Part shown: piece after piece, positions 41,709-54,700 of the stretch
How positions within the stretch are numbered: position 1 is the stretch's first letter
How the letters are laid out: every line of letters starts with the position of its first letter
DNA from: Macrostomum hystrix
Taxonomy: Eukaryota > Animalia > Platyhelminthes
DNA length: 64,000 nt
Direction: 5' to 3'
NCBI GenBank assembly: GCA_950097015.1
Contig: CATNEN010000008.1
Location: forward strand, 1,674,001 to 1,738,000
Notes under the pieces: model-generated
What the model saw: only the letters and a program-made list of their open reading frames with translations
Databases searched by the model: none
Told to the model about the DNA's origin: nothing
Made by a program: the position numbers and the translations under genes

Positions 41709-42925
41709 CACATCCTCGCCTTAATCCTTACATCCTCGCCTTAATCCTTACATCCTCGCCTTAATCCTTACGTCCTCGCCTTAACCCTTGCATTCTCGAA
41801 TTAATCCTTACTTCCTCGCCTTAACCCTTGAATTCTCGATTTAATCCTTACATCCTCGCCTTAACCCTTGCATTCTTGAATTAATCCTTACATCCTCGCC
41901 TTAACCCTTGCATTCTCGAATTAATCCTTACATCCTCGCCTTAACCCTTGCATTCTCGAATTAATCCTTACATCCTCGCCTTAATCCCTACATCCTTGCC
42001 CTAATCCTTAAATCCTCGCCTTAATCCTTACATCCTCGCCTTAATCCTTACATCCTCGCCTTAATCCTTACATCCTCGCCTTAATCCTTAAATCCTCGCC
42101 TTAATCCTTACATCCTCGCCTTAATCCTTAAATCCTCGCCTTAATCCTTACATCCTCGCCCTAATCCTTAAATCCTCGCCTTAATCCTTACATCCTCGCC
42201 TTAATCCTTACATCCTCGCCCTAACCCTTGCATTCTCGAATTAATCCTTACATCCTCGCCTTAACCCTTGCATTCTCGAATTAATCCTTACATTCTCGCC
42301 TTAACCCTTGCATTCTCGAACTAATCCTTACATCCTCGCCTTAATCCTTACATCCTTGCCCTAATCCTTAAATCCTCGCCTTAATCCTTACATCCTCGCC
42401 TTAATTCTTACATCCTCGCCTTAACCCTTGCATTCTCGAATTAATCCTTACATCCTCGCCTTAATCCCTACATCCTTGCCCTAATCCTTAAATCCTCGCC
42501 TTAATCCTTACATCCTCGCCTTAATCCTTACATCCTCGCCTTAATCCTTACATCCTCGCCTTAATCCTTAAATCCTCGCCTTAATCCTTACATCCTCGCC
42601 TTAATCCTTAAATCCTCGCCTTAATCCTTACATCCTCGCCCTAATCCTTAAATCCTCGCCTTAATCCTTACATCCTCGCCTTAATCCTTACATCCTCGCC
42701 CTAACCCTTGCATTCTCGAATTAATCCTTACATCCTCGCCTTAACCCTTGCATTCTCGAATTAATCCTTACATTCTCGCCTTAACCCTTGCATTCTCGAA
42801 CTAATCCTTACATCCTCGCCTTAATCCTTACATCCTTGCCCTAATCCTTAAATCCTCGCCTTAATCCTTACATCCTCGCCTTAATTCTTACATCCTCGCC
42901 TTAACCCTTGCATTCTCGAATTAAT
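41709..42925. repeat. 20-bp satellite (TTAATCCTTACATCCTCGCC with variant TTAACCCTTGCATTCTCGAA)
   Basis: About 60 units. 41941-42420 is repeated nearly exactly at 42421-42900. Confidence 0.97.
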
Positions 42926-43145
42926 ACTTTAAACATCCTTGCTTTAACCCTTGCATCCTCGCTCTAAGCCTATACATTCTCGCAATCATCCTCACGTCAA
43001 CGCCTTAATACTTTTTTCGCCTTATTTGAGATTTAGTATAGGCAGATTAATAATATCTGCACGACAAGAGTAGCAAAGAAACAATTTCTCAAATTATTAA
43101 AGAAACACACAAAGCTAGACATGAGGGGAATAGCGAAGTAAAATA

Positions 43146-46100
43146 TTAGCTTCCGGTTCCGCTTCCGTGTCTGTTTCCGCTGTAAAATTCGCTTCCGCTA
43201 CCGCCCGCGGAATAATTTCCAGCAACCGGCGCTCCGTTGGCGGAAGTTCGGCTGATTGGCAGGGGTCTCAGGCACCAGTCCGGAGCGGAGTCTGGCGGCG
43301 GTCGGCTGCTCCTAGTAGCGCCGTCTCGCCGACACCTGACCAGCTGGTCGCGCTGCTTCTGGGTGGCGAATCGCCGTAGAAACAAGTCGTCCAGTCGGCG
43401 CTTGATGTCGCGCACCCTGTCAGACTCCCAGGGCAGCTCGCGCACAGTCAGCCGCTCCCGGCCGCGTTCGTCTTCGCTCTCCTCGTCGGAGGTGGTAAAG
43501 TCACGAGTGAGCACCAGGCGGTACTGCTCAAGCTCGTCCGGCGCCAGCTCAGGCAGCAGGGCTTCGAATGATTTCTGACGCCGGGCGAGCTTCTGCCGGA
43601 AATAATGAATTTGAGGATTAATAGTTTCAAATCCATCTACTTGAATAGGATTCTAATTCTGATTCTAATAGGAATAGGGATGATTTAGAATTGGGATTGC
43701 AATTTAGGGATTATTTGGAATCAAGATACCATAAACAATTAATAGCGTTGATCCTTTTTAAAAAGGATAATAATTAACAAACTATGTAGAATAGGCCAGG
43801 ATTTAAGAATTTTTTAAAATTAGGATTTAAAAAGGGATGATCTAGATGTGGGTTACAATTTAGGGATTTTTTAGAATTGAGATGTCATTTGAAAATTTGG
43901 AATTGTGATCAACCAATTCAGAGACCAATTTTGATCGTCTATTAAAAGGAAAATTTTCGAATTCCAATTGAGTATCTGGGATTTCTAACGACTGGTCACT
44001 GGGGTGTATAATTCGACTTATTATAAGAGTGTTCCATAGATTGATCTCTGTGCTCGTATATATTTATATAAATATGGCGATCATAACTTTGAGTCCTTGA
44101 AAGCTAAATTAAAGATACGAGTATTTTGCTAGCATCAAACTCGGCGCGTCAAGTATTGCACAAAAGGTTCCTAGTTTGAAGCCGCGGAGAGCAAGCTTGA
44201 GGACTGGTCTTTGGATTTTGGATTTGGATTTATGGTGGAATGGAGGTCACGGGTTCGAATCTCAACCAAGGAGACAATATGTTTCCTTGAGAAAGATACC
44301 GCGAATTCCCTGAGAACTTGAGTTTACCCAGCTGTAAAACGGGTACCAGCATCGGGTGGTTAAAGAATTAGGGTGTGCTGTTTCGGCCTCTCCAGTCCAT
44401 GGACTGTAACAGCTGTACATCAGGCCCAACTGGTGTTAAAATCAAGGAAATTAGTGCACACACCGATTTGAGTCGCAGGCACCTACGAGAGGCGCTGCGA
44501 TGCGATAAAATTGGATTGAATACGGCGCGAAGTGCGCCATCTGAAACAAATATTGTTTTTTTGTATAACAAAATTCAATTCAATGATTAACTGGAAATTG
44601 TCGTAACTTTAGTTATTTACAAAGCGATCGTTGCAAAATTCGCGAAAAAAAAATGTTGCAGATTTAGTCGATCTCTGAGTTATTACGAGTATAACACCAT
44701 AATTCCATTTGCTTTCAAATCATAATAATATTCCATTAATTCAAAGGCTGATCTCATGGGATAATTACAGAATGTGATATTTGGGATTCAGATTAAAGGT
44801 TGATCTAAAATTAAAGAATGGGATATTTCGGATTCAGATTAAAGGATGATCTCATGGGAAAATTACAGAATGGGATATTTGGGATTCAGATTAAAGGCTG
44901 ATCTCATGGGATAATTACAGAATGTGATATTTGGGATTCAGATTAAAGGTTGATCTAAAATTAAAGAATGGGATATTTCGGATTCAGATTAAAGGATGAT
45001 CTCATGGGAAAATTACAGAATGGGATATTTGGGATTCAGATTAAAGGCTGATCTCATGGGATAATTACAGAATGTGATATTTGGGATTCAGATTAAAGGT
45101 TGATCTAAAATTAAAGAATGGGATATTTCGGATTCAGATTAAAGGATGATCTCATGGGAAAATTACAGAATGGGATATTTGGGATTCAGATTAAAGGTTG
45201 ATCTAAAATTAAAGAATGGGATATTTCGGATTCAGATTAAAGGATGATCTCATGGTAAATTTAAAGAATGGGATATTTCGGATTCAGATTAAATGCTGAT
45301 CTCATGGGAAAATTACAGAATGGGATATTTCGGATTCAGATTAAAGGATGATCTCATGGGAAAATTAAAGAATGGGATATTTCGGATTCAGATTAAAGGT
45401 TGATTTCATGGGACAACTATAGATTGGGAAATTTCGGATTCAGATTAAATGTTGATTTCATGGGACAACTATAGATTGGGAAATTTCGGATTCAGATTAA
45501 ATGTTGATCTCATGGGACAACTATAGATTGGGAAATTTCGGATTCAGATTAAAGGTTGATTTCATGGGACAACTATAGATTGGGAAATTTCGGATTCAGA
45601 TTAAATGTTGATTTCATGGGACAACTATAGATTGGGAAATTTCGGATTCAGATTAAAGGTTGATCTCATGGGATAATTACAGAATGGGATATTTGGGATT
45701 CAGATTAAAGGCTGATCTCATGGGATAATTACAGAATGGGATATTTGGGATTCTGTTCTTTTTGGTTTTATCGATAAATGCAGATTATGATCCTAGGGAT
45801 AGATACAGCAAAGGATACTTTGGGATCCTATCACATTTTAGTAATGTTGGGGTGGAAGAATAAACCATTTTTCACCAAGGCCACCTTACAGCATATTTTC
45901 TGTTATGCTTTCTAGTGTTAGCCTTCTGCTTGGCGTGCCTGTCCTCGGCAACCCTGAAGTGGCCCAACAAGCTGGCTATTGTGCCTGCGAGGCGGGCATG
46001 TTTATAAAAAACGTGAGCGTCGAAAATTGCCGAATATTTACAATTGATCTACCACGTTGCAGAGGGTGATTAATTTCAGTCTATGAGCCACACGCTCCCC

Positions 46101-49100
46101 GCTCCGCCTTGATGAATATGAATCAGAAAAAATATGCATAACTAAATATATAAGTTTCTATAGTTATTGACGATAATTAATTAATTAGTTGATTAATTCA
46201 TAAACTAAAATTAATAAAAAAAAGTTCTGAGAACGACCTCTGCAACGTCAGAATTCTTTAGAACGCGTTAATCATGATACTTAAGAAATAGCAAAAAGCA
46301 AGCATATTTGTCTGTGTCTGTCAGTTCTGTGTCTGTCAGTTCTGTCTCAGTTCTGTGTCTGTCAGTTCTGTGTCTGTCAGTTCTGTGTCTGTCAGTTCTG
46401 TCTCAGTTCTGTGTCTGTCAGTTCTGTGTCTGTCAGTTCTGTCTCAGTTCTGTGTCTGTCAGTTCTGTGTCTGTCAGTTCTGTGTCTGTCAGTTCTGTGT
46501 CTCTCAGTTCTGTGTCTGTCAGTTCTGTGTCTGTCAGTTCTGTGTCTGTCAGTTCTATGTCTCTCAGTTCTGTGTCTGTCAGTTCTGCGTCTGTCAGTTC
46601 TGTGTCTGTCAGTTCTGTGTCTGTCAGTTCTATGTCTCTCAGTTCTGTGTCTGTCAGTTCTGCGTCTGTCAGTTCTGTGTCTGTCAGTTCTGTGTCTGTC
46701 AGTTCTGCGTCTGTCAGTTCTGTGTCTTTCAGTTCTGTCTCTCAGTTCTGTGTCTGTCAGTTCTGTGTCTGTCAGTTCTATGTCTCTCAGTTCTGTGTCT
46801 GTCAGTTCTGTGCGTCAGTTCTGTGTTTCTGAGTTCTGTGTCTGTCAGTTCTGTGTCTGTCAGTTCTGTGTTTCTCAGTTCTGTGTCTGTCAGTTCTGTG
46901 CGTCAGTTCTGTGTCTGTCAGTTCTGTCTCTCAGTTCTGTGTCTGTCAGTTCTGTGTCTGTTAGTTCTGCGTCTGTCAGTTCTGTGTGTCAGTTCTAGGT
47001 GTGTGTTAGTTGGTCTTTCAGTTGTGTCTGTCAATTCTGGGTGTCTGTCTGTCTGTCTGTCTGTCTGTCGGCCTGTCTGTCTGTCTGCCTGTCTCACCGC
47101 GCCAGACTTCCACCGGCAGACCCTGGTTGCCAACCCTGGCCTGGCCCAGCGCAATAATCCTATGCGTCACTTGGACGTTGTAGGGATCGTCGAACGGTCT
47201 GGCAAAGTCGAATAACTCGGCGCCGGCGCTTTTCAACTCCTTGTAAGAATCCTTTAGAGCGGCCTGCGTCAAGGCGATGAAAAGCGGAATGAATGAAAAC
47301 TATTGTTAATTTATTGATTGATAAATCAAGAGTACACTGGCGCTAGAGTGCCGCTTTCTATAAATCTGAATGGAATAGGCAGGAATGAATGACACTAAAG
47401 ATAAGAGGTGATAAGTTTAAAAGAAACAGCTTCTATACAGTTGCACAATGACGGGCTTACGGTCAATTGTCAAGCTGCCTTCTAATGGCATTATATAGCC
47501 GTGCGTAGGCGGGCTTGATTTTACTGTTCGCTAGCTTGAAGCCAGTTAATGCTAACACGAAACTAACGACAATATTGTAGATACGGATAATGCGTCAGGA
47601 TTGGAACCCCCGACTTCTAATAAGTCGCGAATCCCACGGTCTAATCACTACGCTACAATCCTTAATCCTAATGCATCCGAACTTATTCCAAAAAACTAAA
47701 ATTTTGTTTAGACAACGAAATCTTTTTAAGACATAAAATTCCATCCCAAAACACCGAAATCCATTCTAAAACACCGAATTCCATTCTAAAACACCGAATT
47801 CCATCCCAAAACACCGAAATCCATTCTAAAACACCGAATTCCATTCTAAAACACCGAATTCCATCCCAAAACACCGAATTCCATTCTAAAACACCGAATT
47901 CCATTCTAAAACACCGAATTCCATTCAAAAACACCGAATTCCATTCAAAAACACCGAATTCCATTCAAAAACACCGAATTACATTCTAAAACACCGAATT
48001 CCATCCCAAAACACCGAATTCCATTATAAAACACCGAATTCCATCCCAAAACACCGAATTCCATTCTAAAACACCGAATTCTATTCTAAAACACCGAATT
48101 CCATTCTAAAACAGCAAATTCCATCCCAAAACACCGAATTCCATTCTACGAGGGCTGTCCCAAAAGTAGTGTTACTTTTGATTATATCTTTTGTTCTGAT
48201 GGTTCAAATAGCGTGATTTTACACAGTCTTATAGCGGCAAGTCTCTTCTTTATAATAATTCAAATCTTTTTTCTAACAGACTAGGGAAATAGAAGTTATC
48301 AACGAAAAACTAACAGGACCTTAAACATAGACTTACAGTAAATCAACAAGCAAGCAAAAATGACCAACAGTTGAGTGGTTGCGAATATGAAGTTTTCTCG
48401 TAGCAATTGAAACGCTCCTCTTCACTCGTCGGTGGGAATGCTTGACTTCTCAACATAGTCACCGCCGAGCTGAAGGCATTTTTGCCACCGACTGAACAAA
48501 CCGTCAATAGCGTTGGCATAACTCTCGCGTGGAACTTTGTGGAGCAGGACATTCCGCACTGCCTGTTCGAGGTTGTCACGGTTCTCATGAACTTTACCTC
48601 GCAGATGCGACTTCATTAGTGGAAATAAGGCGAAATCTGCTGGCGCCAGATCAGGCGAATACGGTGGATGAGGCAAAATATTAAACTTGAGTCTGCTGAC
48701 AGCCTCGGAGGTCTTCTGTGCAGTATGGGGTCTGGCGTTGTCGTGGTGGAGAAGAAAGGGCTTGATTCCAACCCGACGCTTGTTCCAGATTTCGAACTTC
48801 AATTTTTCAAGGGAAGCAATATAGCACTCGGCATTGATGCTCTTCCCTGGCTCAAGAAATTCGATTGTAAGTGGTCCATTTCTGTCGAAGAACAAAGTCA
48901 GAAGCACCTTTTTGCAGTGAGGCTCTCGACGTGCCTTAACAGGGGGGTCTGAACCCCTGACTGTCCAAACCTTGGACTCCTGTTTGGTGGGGGGATCGAA
49001 GTGAGGCACCCACGTCTCGTCACCAGTAACAACGATTTGCCGAAACGTTTCCCATCCACCATGTTGCCTGACGAGCTCCAGATTCTCCTGGCACACTCGC

Positions 49101-51667
49101 TGCCGCTGCTCTTTCAGGTCTGGTGTCAGAAGGCGTGGAATTCAGCGAGCACTCAGCTTCACATAATCCATGCTGGTGAGACTTCGATGAACCGTTGATC
49201 GCGGAGTATTCAGCCTGTCAGCAATCTCTCTGATCGTCATTCGTGCGTCCTCATCAAGAAGATCCAGGATAGCGTCAGCCAGGACGTCAGAGTCTCGAAC
49301 ATGAGGGCGACCTGTCCTGAGCTGATCAGCAAGGTCCGTCCTTCCCGCTCGAAACTGTTCTATCCAACGATAGATGGTCATTTTACTGACCGCACAAGAC
49401 CCATGAGCTGATGAAAGTTGCCCATGAATCTCGGCTGCACTGTGCGCCGTCTTCCAAAGGGTGTAAATCACACTCCTCTGGGCAAAACTTGAATGCACAT
49501 CCATGATCTTTAGCACAGCAAGAAATGAGAACAAAAATGCTCGTACTGAAGCCAAGTCCCAGTGAGAGATATGAAGATTTCATTCCATCTTTTCCAGAGA
49601 CAACTTTCAAATTATAACTTCATTATGATTTTTCCAGAGACATATCTTTGTCGCGGATTGAGAAATTGAGAAATTTTGGTTAAAAGAGTGACCTCAGTCG
49701 AAAGCACTTTCGTAGCATTCCGATAGCTTGTTGATTTACTGTAAGTCTATGTTTAAGGTCCTGTTAGTTTTTCGTTGATAACTTCTATTTCCCTAGTCTG
49801 TTAGAAAAAAGATTTGAATTAATATAAAGAAGAGACTTGCCGCTATAAGACTGTGTAAAATCACGCTATTTGAACCATCAGAACAAAAGATATAATCAAA
49901 AGTAACACTACTTTTGGGACAGCTCTCGTAAAACACCAAATTCCATTCCAAAACACCAGATTCCATCCTAAAAGACCAAATACCTTTATAAAATACCAAA
50001 TTCAATTATAAAACACCTAACTCTACCCTAAAACACCTAAATCTACCCTGAAACACCTAAATTCATCTTAAAACACCTAACTCTACCCCGAAACACCTAA
50101 ATCTATCTTAAAACACCTAACTCTACCCTAAAACACCCAACTCTACCCTGAAACACCTAACGCTACCCTAAAACACCTAACTCTACCCTGAAACACCTAA
50201 ATCTATCTTAAAACACCTAACTATACCCTAAAACACCCAACTCTACCCTAAAACACCCAACTCTACGCTAAAACACCCAACTCTACCCTAAAACACCTAA
50301 CTCTACCCTAAAACACCTAAATCTATCTTAAAACACCTAACTCTATCCTGAAACACCCAACTCTAACCTAAAACACCTAACTCTACCCTAAAACACCTAA
50401 CTCTACCCTAAAACACCCAAGTCTACCCTGAAACACCTAACGCTACCCTAAAACACCTAACTCTACCCTGAAACACCTAAATCTATCTTAAAACACCTAA
50501 CTCTATCCTGAAACACCCAACTCTAACCTAAAACACCTAACTCTACCCTAAAACATCTAACTCTACCCTAAAACACCTAACTTTACCCTAAAACACCTAA
50601 CTCTACCCTAAAACACCTGACTCTACCCTAAAACACCCAAATCTATCATAAAACGCCGAACTCTACCCTGAAACACCCAACTCTAACCTAAAACACCTAA
50701 CTCTACCCTAAAACACCTAAATCTATCTTAAAACACCTAACTCTATCCTGAAACACCCAACTCTAACCTAAAACACCTAACTCTACCCTAAAACACCCAA
50801 CTCTACCCTGAAACACCTAACTCTACCCTAAAACACCTAAATCTATCACAAACGCCGAACTCTACCCTAAAACACCCAAATCTACCCTAAAACACATGAA
50901 TCTATCCTAAATCATGGAATTCTATCCAAAAATACCTAATTTATTTAAATAACACATATTACCATCCTTAAACACATAAGTATAATTTCAATTATAAATT
51001 ATAAATTCAATCCTAAAATGCCTTCTATTAGAGTAAATTTTTCTCTAACCAGTTTCTCAAGTTCACTCACTCTTAGCTCAGGTGTTGAGCTCGCGGCGGA
51101 GGCGGTGTAGCTGGAGCTACTCAGAAACGAATCATGTAAGGCCGTTCCGCTTTGACCAGCAGCGGCAGCAGCAGTCGCAGCTGTCGAATCATCCATCATT
51201 ATCAGACAGTCGTCGTCAGCTTCGGAGCCACCGCCGATAAGCGACTCGCATTTGACAACGCGCGACTGTACATTAACGGACGAGCCGCCGGGCGGTAATC
51301 TATTAGCGCAAGATGAAGAATAACTGCTGCCAGGAATTTCATCGTCTGATGCGGATCGTTGCGACCTTTTGCGACGCTTACAATCGGCCGATTCAAAGGC
51401 CGCAGCTGGCTCCGGCTGGCAGTGAGACTTGTGATGCTCGGCGACCGAACACGCGGCGCCAACTGAAGGTTCCATGACGTCAACAATGCGCGAATGCAGG
51501 CTGGATAGCACACGCAGGGCGCTAACTAGATCTCTAGTTGTCATCGAGTCCACTAGCATACCCGCGTTAGTGATCGTGCATTCGAATAGGTGCAATGGCG
51601 TAAATGTTGAAACAGAATCGCCGCCAGGTGGCGAGACTAGAGAGGCCAACGCAACTGCTGCAGACAT
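43146..51667 (-). CDS. 4-exon gene, C14orf93/DUF4616-like protein (~434 aa)
   Basis: Exons 51071-51667, 47098-47263, 45890-45984 and 43146-43592 all have GT-AG borders with matching phases (0,1,0), totalling 1305 nt. The product has FDF...YNVQV...RKYAKLARRQ...TSDEE...LPWES...LD...SSRPPP..PDW, the motif order of C14orf93-like proteins (family assigned from recall). Confidence 0.72.
44235..44560 (+). mobile_element. tRNA-derived SINE remnant with conserved central-domain-like motif
   Basis: B-box GGGTTCGAATCTC, then TTTCCTTGAG...ACCCAGCTGTAAAACGGGTACC. Confidence 0.5.
44745..45745. repeat. satellite of 46/52-bp units with a 150-bp higher-order period (intronic)
   Basis: CTCATGGGATAATTACAGAATGTGATATTTGGG recurs at 44753, 44903 and 45053. 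Confidence 0.93.
46308..47090. repeat. 15-bp satellite (TCTGTGTCTGTCAGT) grading into (GTCT)n (intronic)
   Basis: Tandem units are directly visible. Confidence 0.95.
47420..47661 (-). mobile_element. tRNA-derived SINE-like element
   Basis: The minus strand begins GGATTGTAGCGTAGTGATTA (A-box-like) ... GGGGTTCCAATCC (B-box-like). No complete tRNA cloverleaf. Confidence 0.5.
48149..49928 (-). mobile_element. full-length mariner with 203-bp TIRs
   Basis: TIRs at 48149-48351 and 49726-49928. The TA TSD lies inside a satellite unit (ccattcTA...TAaaacacc). Confidence 0.96.
48422..49504 (-). pseudogene. mariner D,D34D transposase with a single nonsense codon
   Basis: The two track ORFs are in frame. 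TGA replaces the W of the WVP-type motif (SAR*IPRLL). GDETW, HDNARPH and YSPDLAPAD are intact with 34-residue spacing. Confidence 0.93.
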
Positions 51668-51796
51668 TGTTGCCAAGTTCTTCTTAACAGATTTTATTTG
51701 TTTCTTTTAACGCGTTAAAAGCTGCGGAAAAAAACTTTTGTTAGATAGAGAAGTGTCTTCAAAATAAGCCTCGGGTAACTGCGAAAACGAATAAAT

Positions 51797-54700
51797 AAGC
51801 TTCAGGGTGTCTTGAGAAGAAGCCTCAAGGTGTCTTGAGAAGAAGCTTCAGGGTGTCTTGAGAAGAAGCCTCAAGGTGTCTTGAGAAGAAGCTTCAGGGT
51901 GTCTTGAGAAGAAGCTTCAGGGTGTCTTGAGAAGAAGCCTCTGTGTGTCTTAAGAAGAAGCCTCAAGGTGTCTTGAGAAGAAGCCTCAAGGTGTCTTGAG
52001 AAGAAGCTTCAGGGTGTCTTGAGAAGAAGCTTCAGGGTGTCTTGAGAAGCTTCAGGGTGTCTTGAGAAGAAGCTTCAGAGTGTCTTGAGAAGAAGCTTCA
52101 GGGTGTCTTGAGAAGAAGCTTCAGGGTGTCTTGAGAAGAAGCTTCAGGGTGTCTTGAGAAGAAGCTTCAGGGTGTCTTGAGAAGCTTCAGGGTGTCTTGA
52201 GAAGAAGCTTCAGAGTGTCTTAAGAAGCTTCAGAGTAACTTAAGAAGAAGCCTCAGGGCGTCTTGAGAAGAAGCTTCAGGGTGTCTTGAGAAGAAGCTTC
52301 AGTGTGTCTTGAGAAGAAGCTTCAGGGTGTCTTGAGAAGAAGCTTCAGGGTGTCCTGAGAAGAAGCTTCAGTGTGTCTTGAGAAGAAGCTTCAGGATGTC
52401 TTGAGAAGAAGCTTCAGGGTGTCTTGAGAAGAAGCCTCAGGGTGTCCTGAGAAGAAGCTTCAGGGTGTCTTGAGAAGAAGCCTCAGTGTGTCTTGAGAAG
52501 AAGCTTCAGGGTGGGTGTCTTGAGAAGAAGCTTCAGTGTGTCTTGAGAAGAAGCTTCAGGGTGTCTTGAGAAGAAGCTTCAGGGTGTCTTGAGAAGAAGC
52601 TTCAGAGTGTCTTGAGAAGCTTCAGAGTGTCTTAAGAAGAAGCCTCAGGGCGTCTTGAGAAGAAGCTTCAGGGTGTCTTGAGAAGAAGCTTCAGAGTGTC
52701 TTAAGAAGAAGCCTCAGGGCGTCTTGAGAAGAAGCTTCAGGGTGTCTTGAGAAGAAGCTTCAGAGTGTCTTGAGAAGCTTCAGGGTGTCTTGAGAAGAAG
52801 CCTCAGTGTGTCTTGAGAAGAAGCTTCAGTGTGTCTTGAGAAGAAGCTTCAGGGTGTCTTGAGAAGAAGCTTCAGGGTGTCTTGAGAAGAAGCCTCAGTG
52901 TGTCTTGAGAAGAAGCCTCAGGGTGTCTTGAGAAGAAGCCTCAGTGTGTCTTGAGAAGAAGCTTCAGGGTGTCTTGAGAAGAAGCTTCAGGGTGTCTTGA
53001 GAAGAAGCTTCAGAGTGTCTTGAGAAGCTTCAGAGTGTCTTAAGAAGAAGCCTCAGGGCGTCTTGAGAAGAAGCTTCAGGGTGTCTTGAGATGAAGCTTC
53101 AGGGTGTCTTGCGAAGAAGCTTCAGGGTGTCTTGAGAAGAAGCCTCAGTGTGTCTTGAGAAGAAGCTTCAGGGTGTCTTGAGAAGAAGCTTCAGAGAGTC
53201 TTGAGAAGGTTCAGAGTGTCTTGAGAAGAAGCCTCAGGGCGTCTTGAGAAGAAGCTTCAGGGTGTCTTGAGAAGAAGCTTCAGAGAGTCTTGAGAAGGTT
53301 CAGAGTGTCTTGAGAAGAAGCCTCAGGGCGTCTTGAGAAGAAGCTTCAGAGTGTCTTAAGAAGAAGCCTCAGGGCGTCTTGAGAAGAAGCTTCAGGGTGT
53401 CTTGAGAAGAAGCTTCAGAGTGTCTTGAGAAGCTTCAGGGTGTCTTCTGAAGAAGCTTCAGTGTGTCTTGAGAAGAAGCTTCAGTGTGTCTTGAGAAGAA
53501 GCTTCAGGGTGTCTTGAGAAGAAGCCTCAGGGTGTCTTGAGAAGAAGCTTGAGAGTGTCCTGAGAAGAAGCCTCAGGGTGTCTTGAGAAGAAGCCTCAGG
53601 GTGTCTTGAGAAGAAGCCTCAGGGCGTCTTGAGAAGAAGCTTCAGGGTGTCCTGAGAAGAAGCCTCAGTGTGTCTTGAGAAGAAGCCTCAGGGTGTCCTG
53701 AGAAGAAGCCTCAGTGTGTCTTAAGAAGAAGCCTCAGGGTGTCTTGAGAAGAAGCTTCAGGGTGTCCTGAGAAGAAGCCTCAGTGTGTCCTGAGAAGAAG
53801 CCTCAGTGTGTCTTAAGAAGAAGCCTCAGGGTGTCTTGAGAAGAAGCCTCAGAGTGTCTTGAGAAGAAGCTTTAGAGTGTCTTGAGAAGAAGCTTCAGTG
53901 TGTCTTGAGAAGAAGCTTCAGTGTGTCTTGAGAAGAAGCCTCAGTGTGTCTTGAGAAGAAGCCTCAGGGTGTCTTGAGAAGAAGCTTCAGAGTGTCTTGA
54001 GAAGAAGCTTTAGAGTGTCTTGAGAAGAAGCTTCAGTGTGTCTTGAGAAGAAGTCTCAGGGTGTCTTGAGAAGAAGCTTCAGGGTGTCCTGAGAAGAAGC
54101 TTCAGTGTGTCTTGAGAAGAAGCTTCAGGGTGTCTTGAGAAGAAGCTTCAGGGTGTCTTGAGAAGAAGCCTCAGGGTGTCCTGAGAAGAAGCCTCAGGGT
54201 GTCCTGAGAAGAAGCCTCAGTGTGTCTTGAGAAGAAGCTTCAGGGTGTCCTGAGAAGAAGCCTCAGGGTGTCCTGAGAAGAAGCCTCAGTGTGTCTTGAG
54301 AAGAAGCCTCAGGGTGTCTTGAGAAGAAGCTTCAGGGTGTCTTGAGAAGAAGCCTCAGTGTGTCTTGAGAAGAAGCTTCAGAGTGTCTTGAGAAGAAGCC
54401 TCAGGGTGTCTTGAGAAGAAGCTTCAGAGTGTCTTGAGAAGAAGTTTCGGGGTGTCTTGAGAAGAAGCTTCAGAGTGTCTTGAGAAGAAGCCTCAGGGTG
54501 TCTTGAGAAGAAGCTTCAGGGTGTCTTGAGAAGAAGCTTCAGGGTGTCTTGAGAAGAAGCCTCAGAGTGTCTTGAGAAGAAGCCTCAGAGTGTCTTGAGA
54601 AGAAGCTTCAGGGTGTCTTGAGAAGAAGCTTCAGTGTGTCTTGAGAAGAAGCTTCAGGGTGTCTTGAGAAGAAGCCTCAGTGTGTCTTGAGAAGAAGCCT

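Larger units (their letters stand above)
47745..50940. repeat. 20-bp satellite (AAAACACCGAATTCCATTCT left; AAAACACCTAACTCTACCCT right) split by a mariner
   Basis: Arrays at 47745-48146 and 49929-50940. Confidence 0.95.

Noticed and set aside
47110-47160. RIIALGQARVGN as a Walker A/Roc GTPase motif
   Set aside because: It lacks the GK(S/T), and the exon fits in frame into the C14orf93-like protein.
46308-47215. Long ORFs (SVSSV/QFCVC/LSVLC repeats)
   Set aside because: These are translation artefacts of a stop-free 15-bp satellite, open in several frames.
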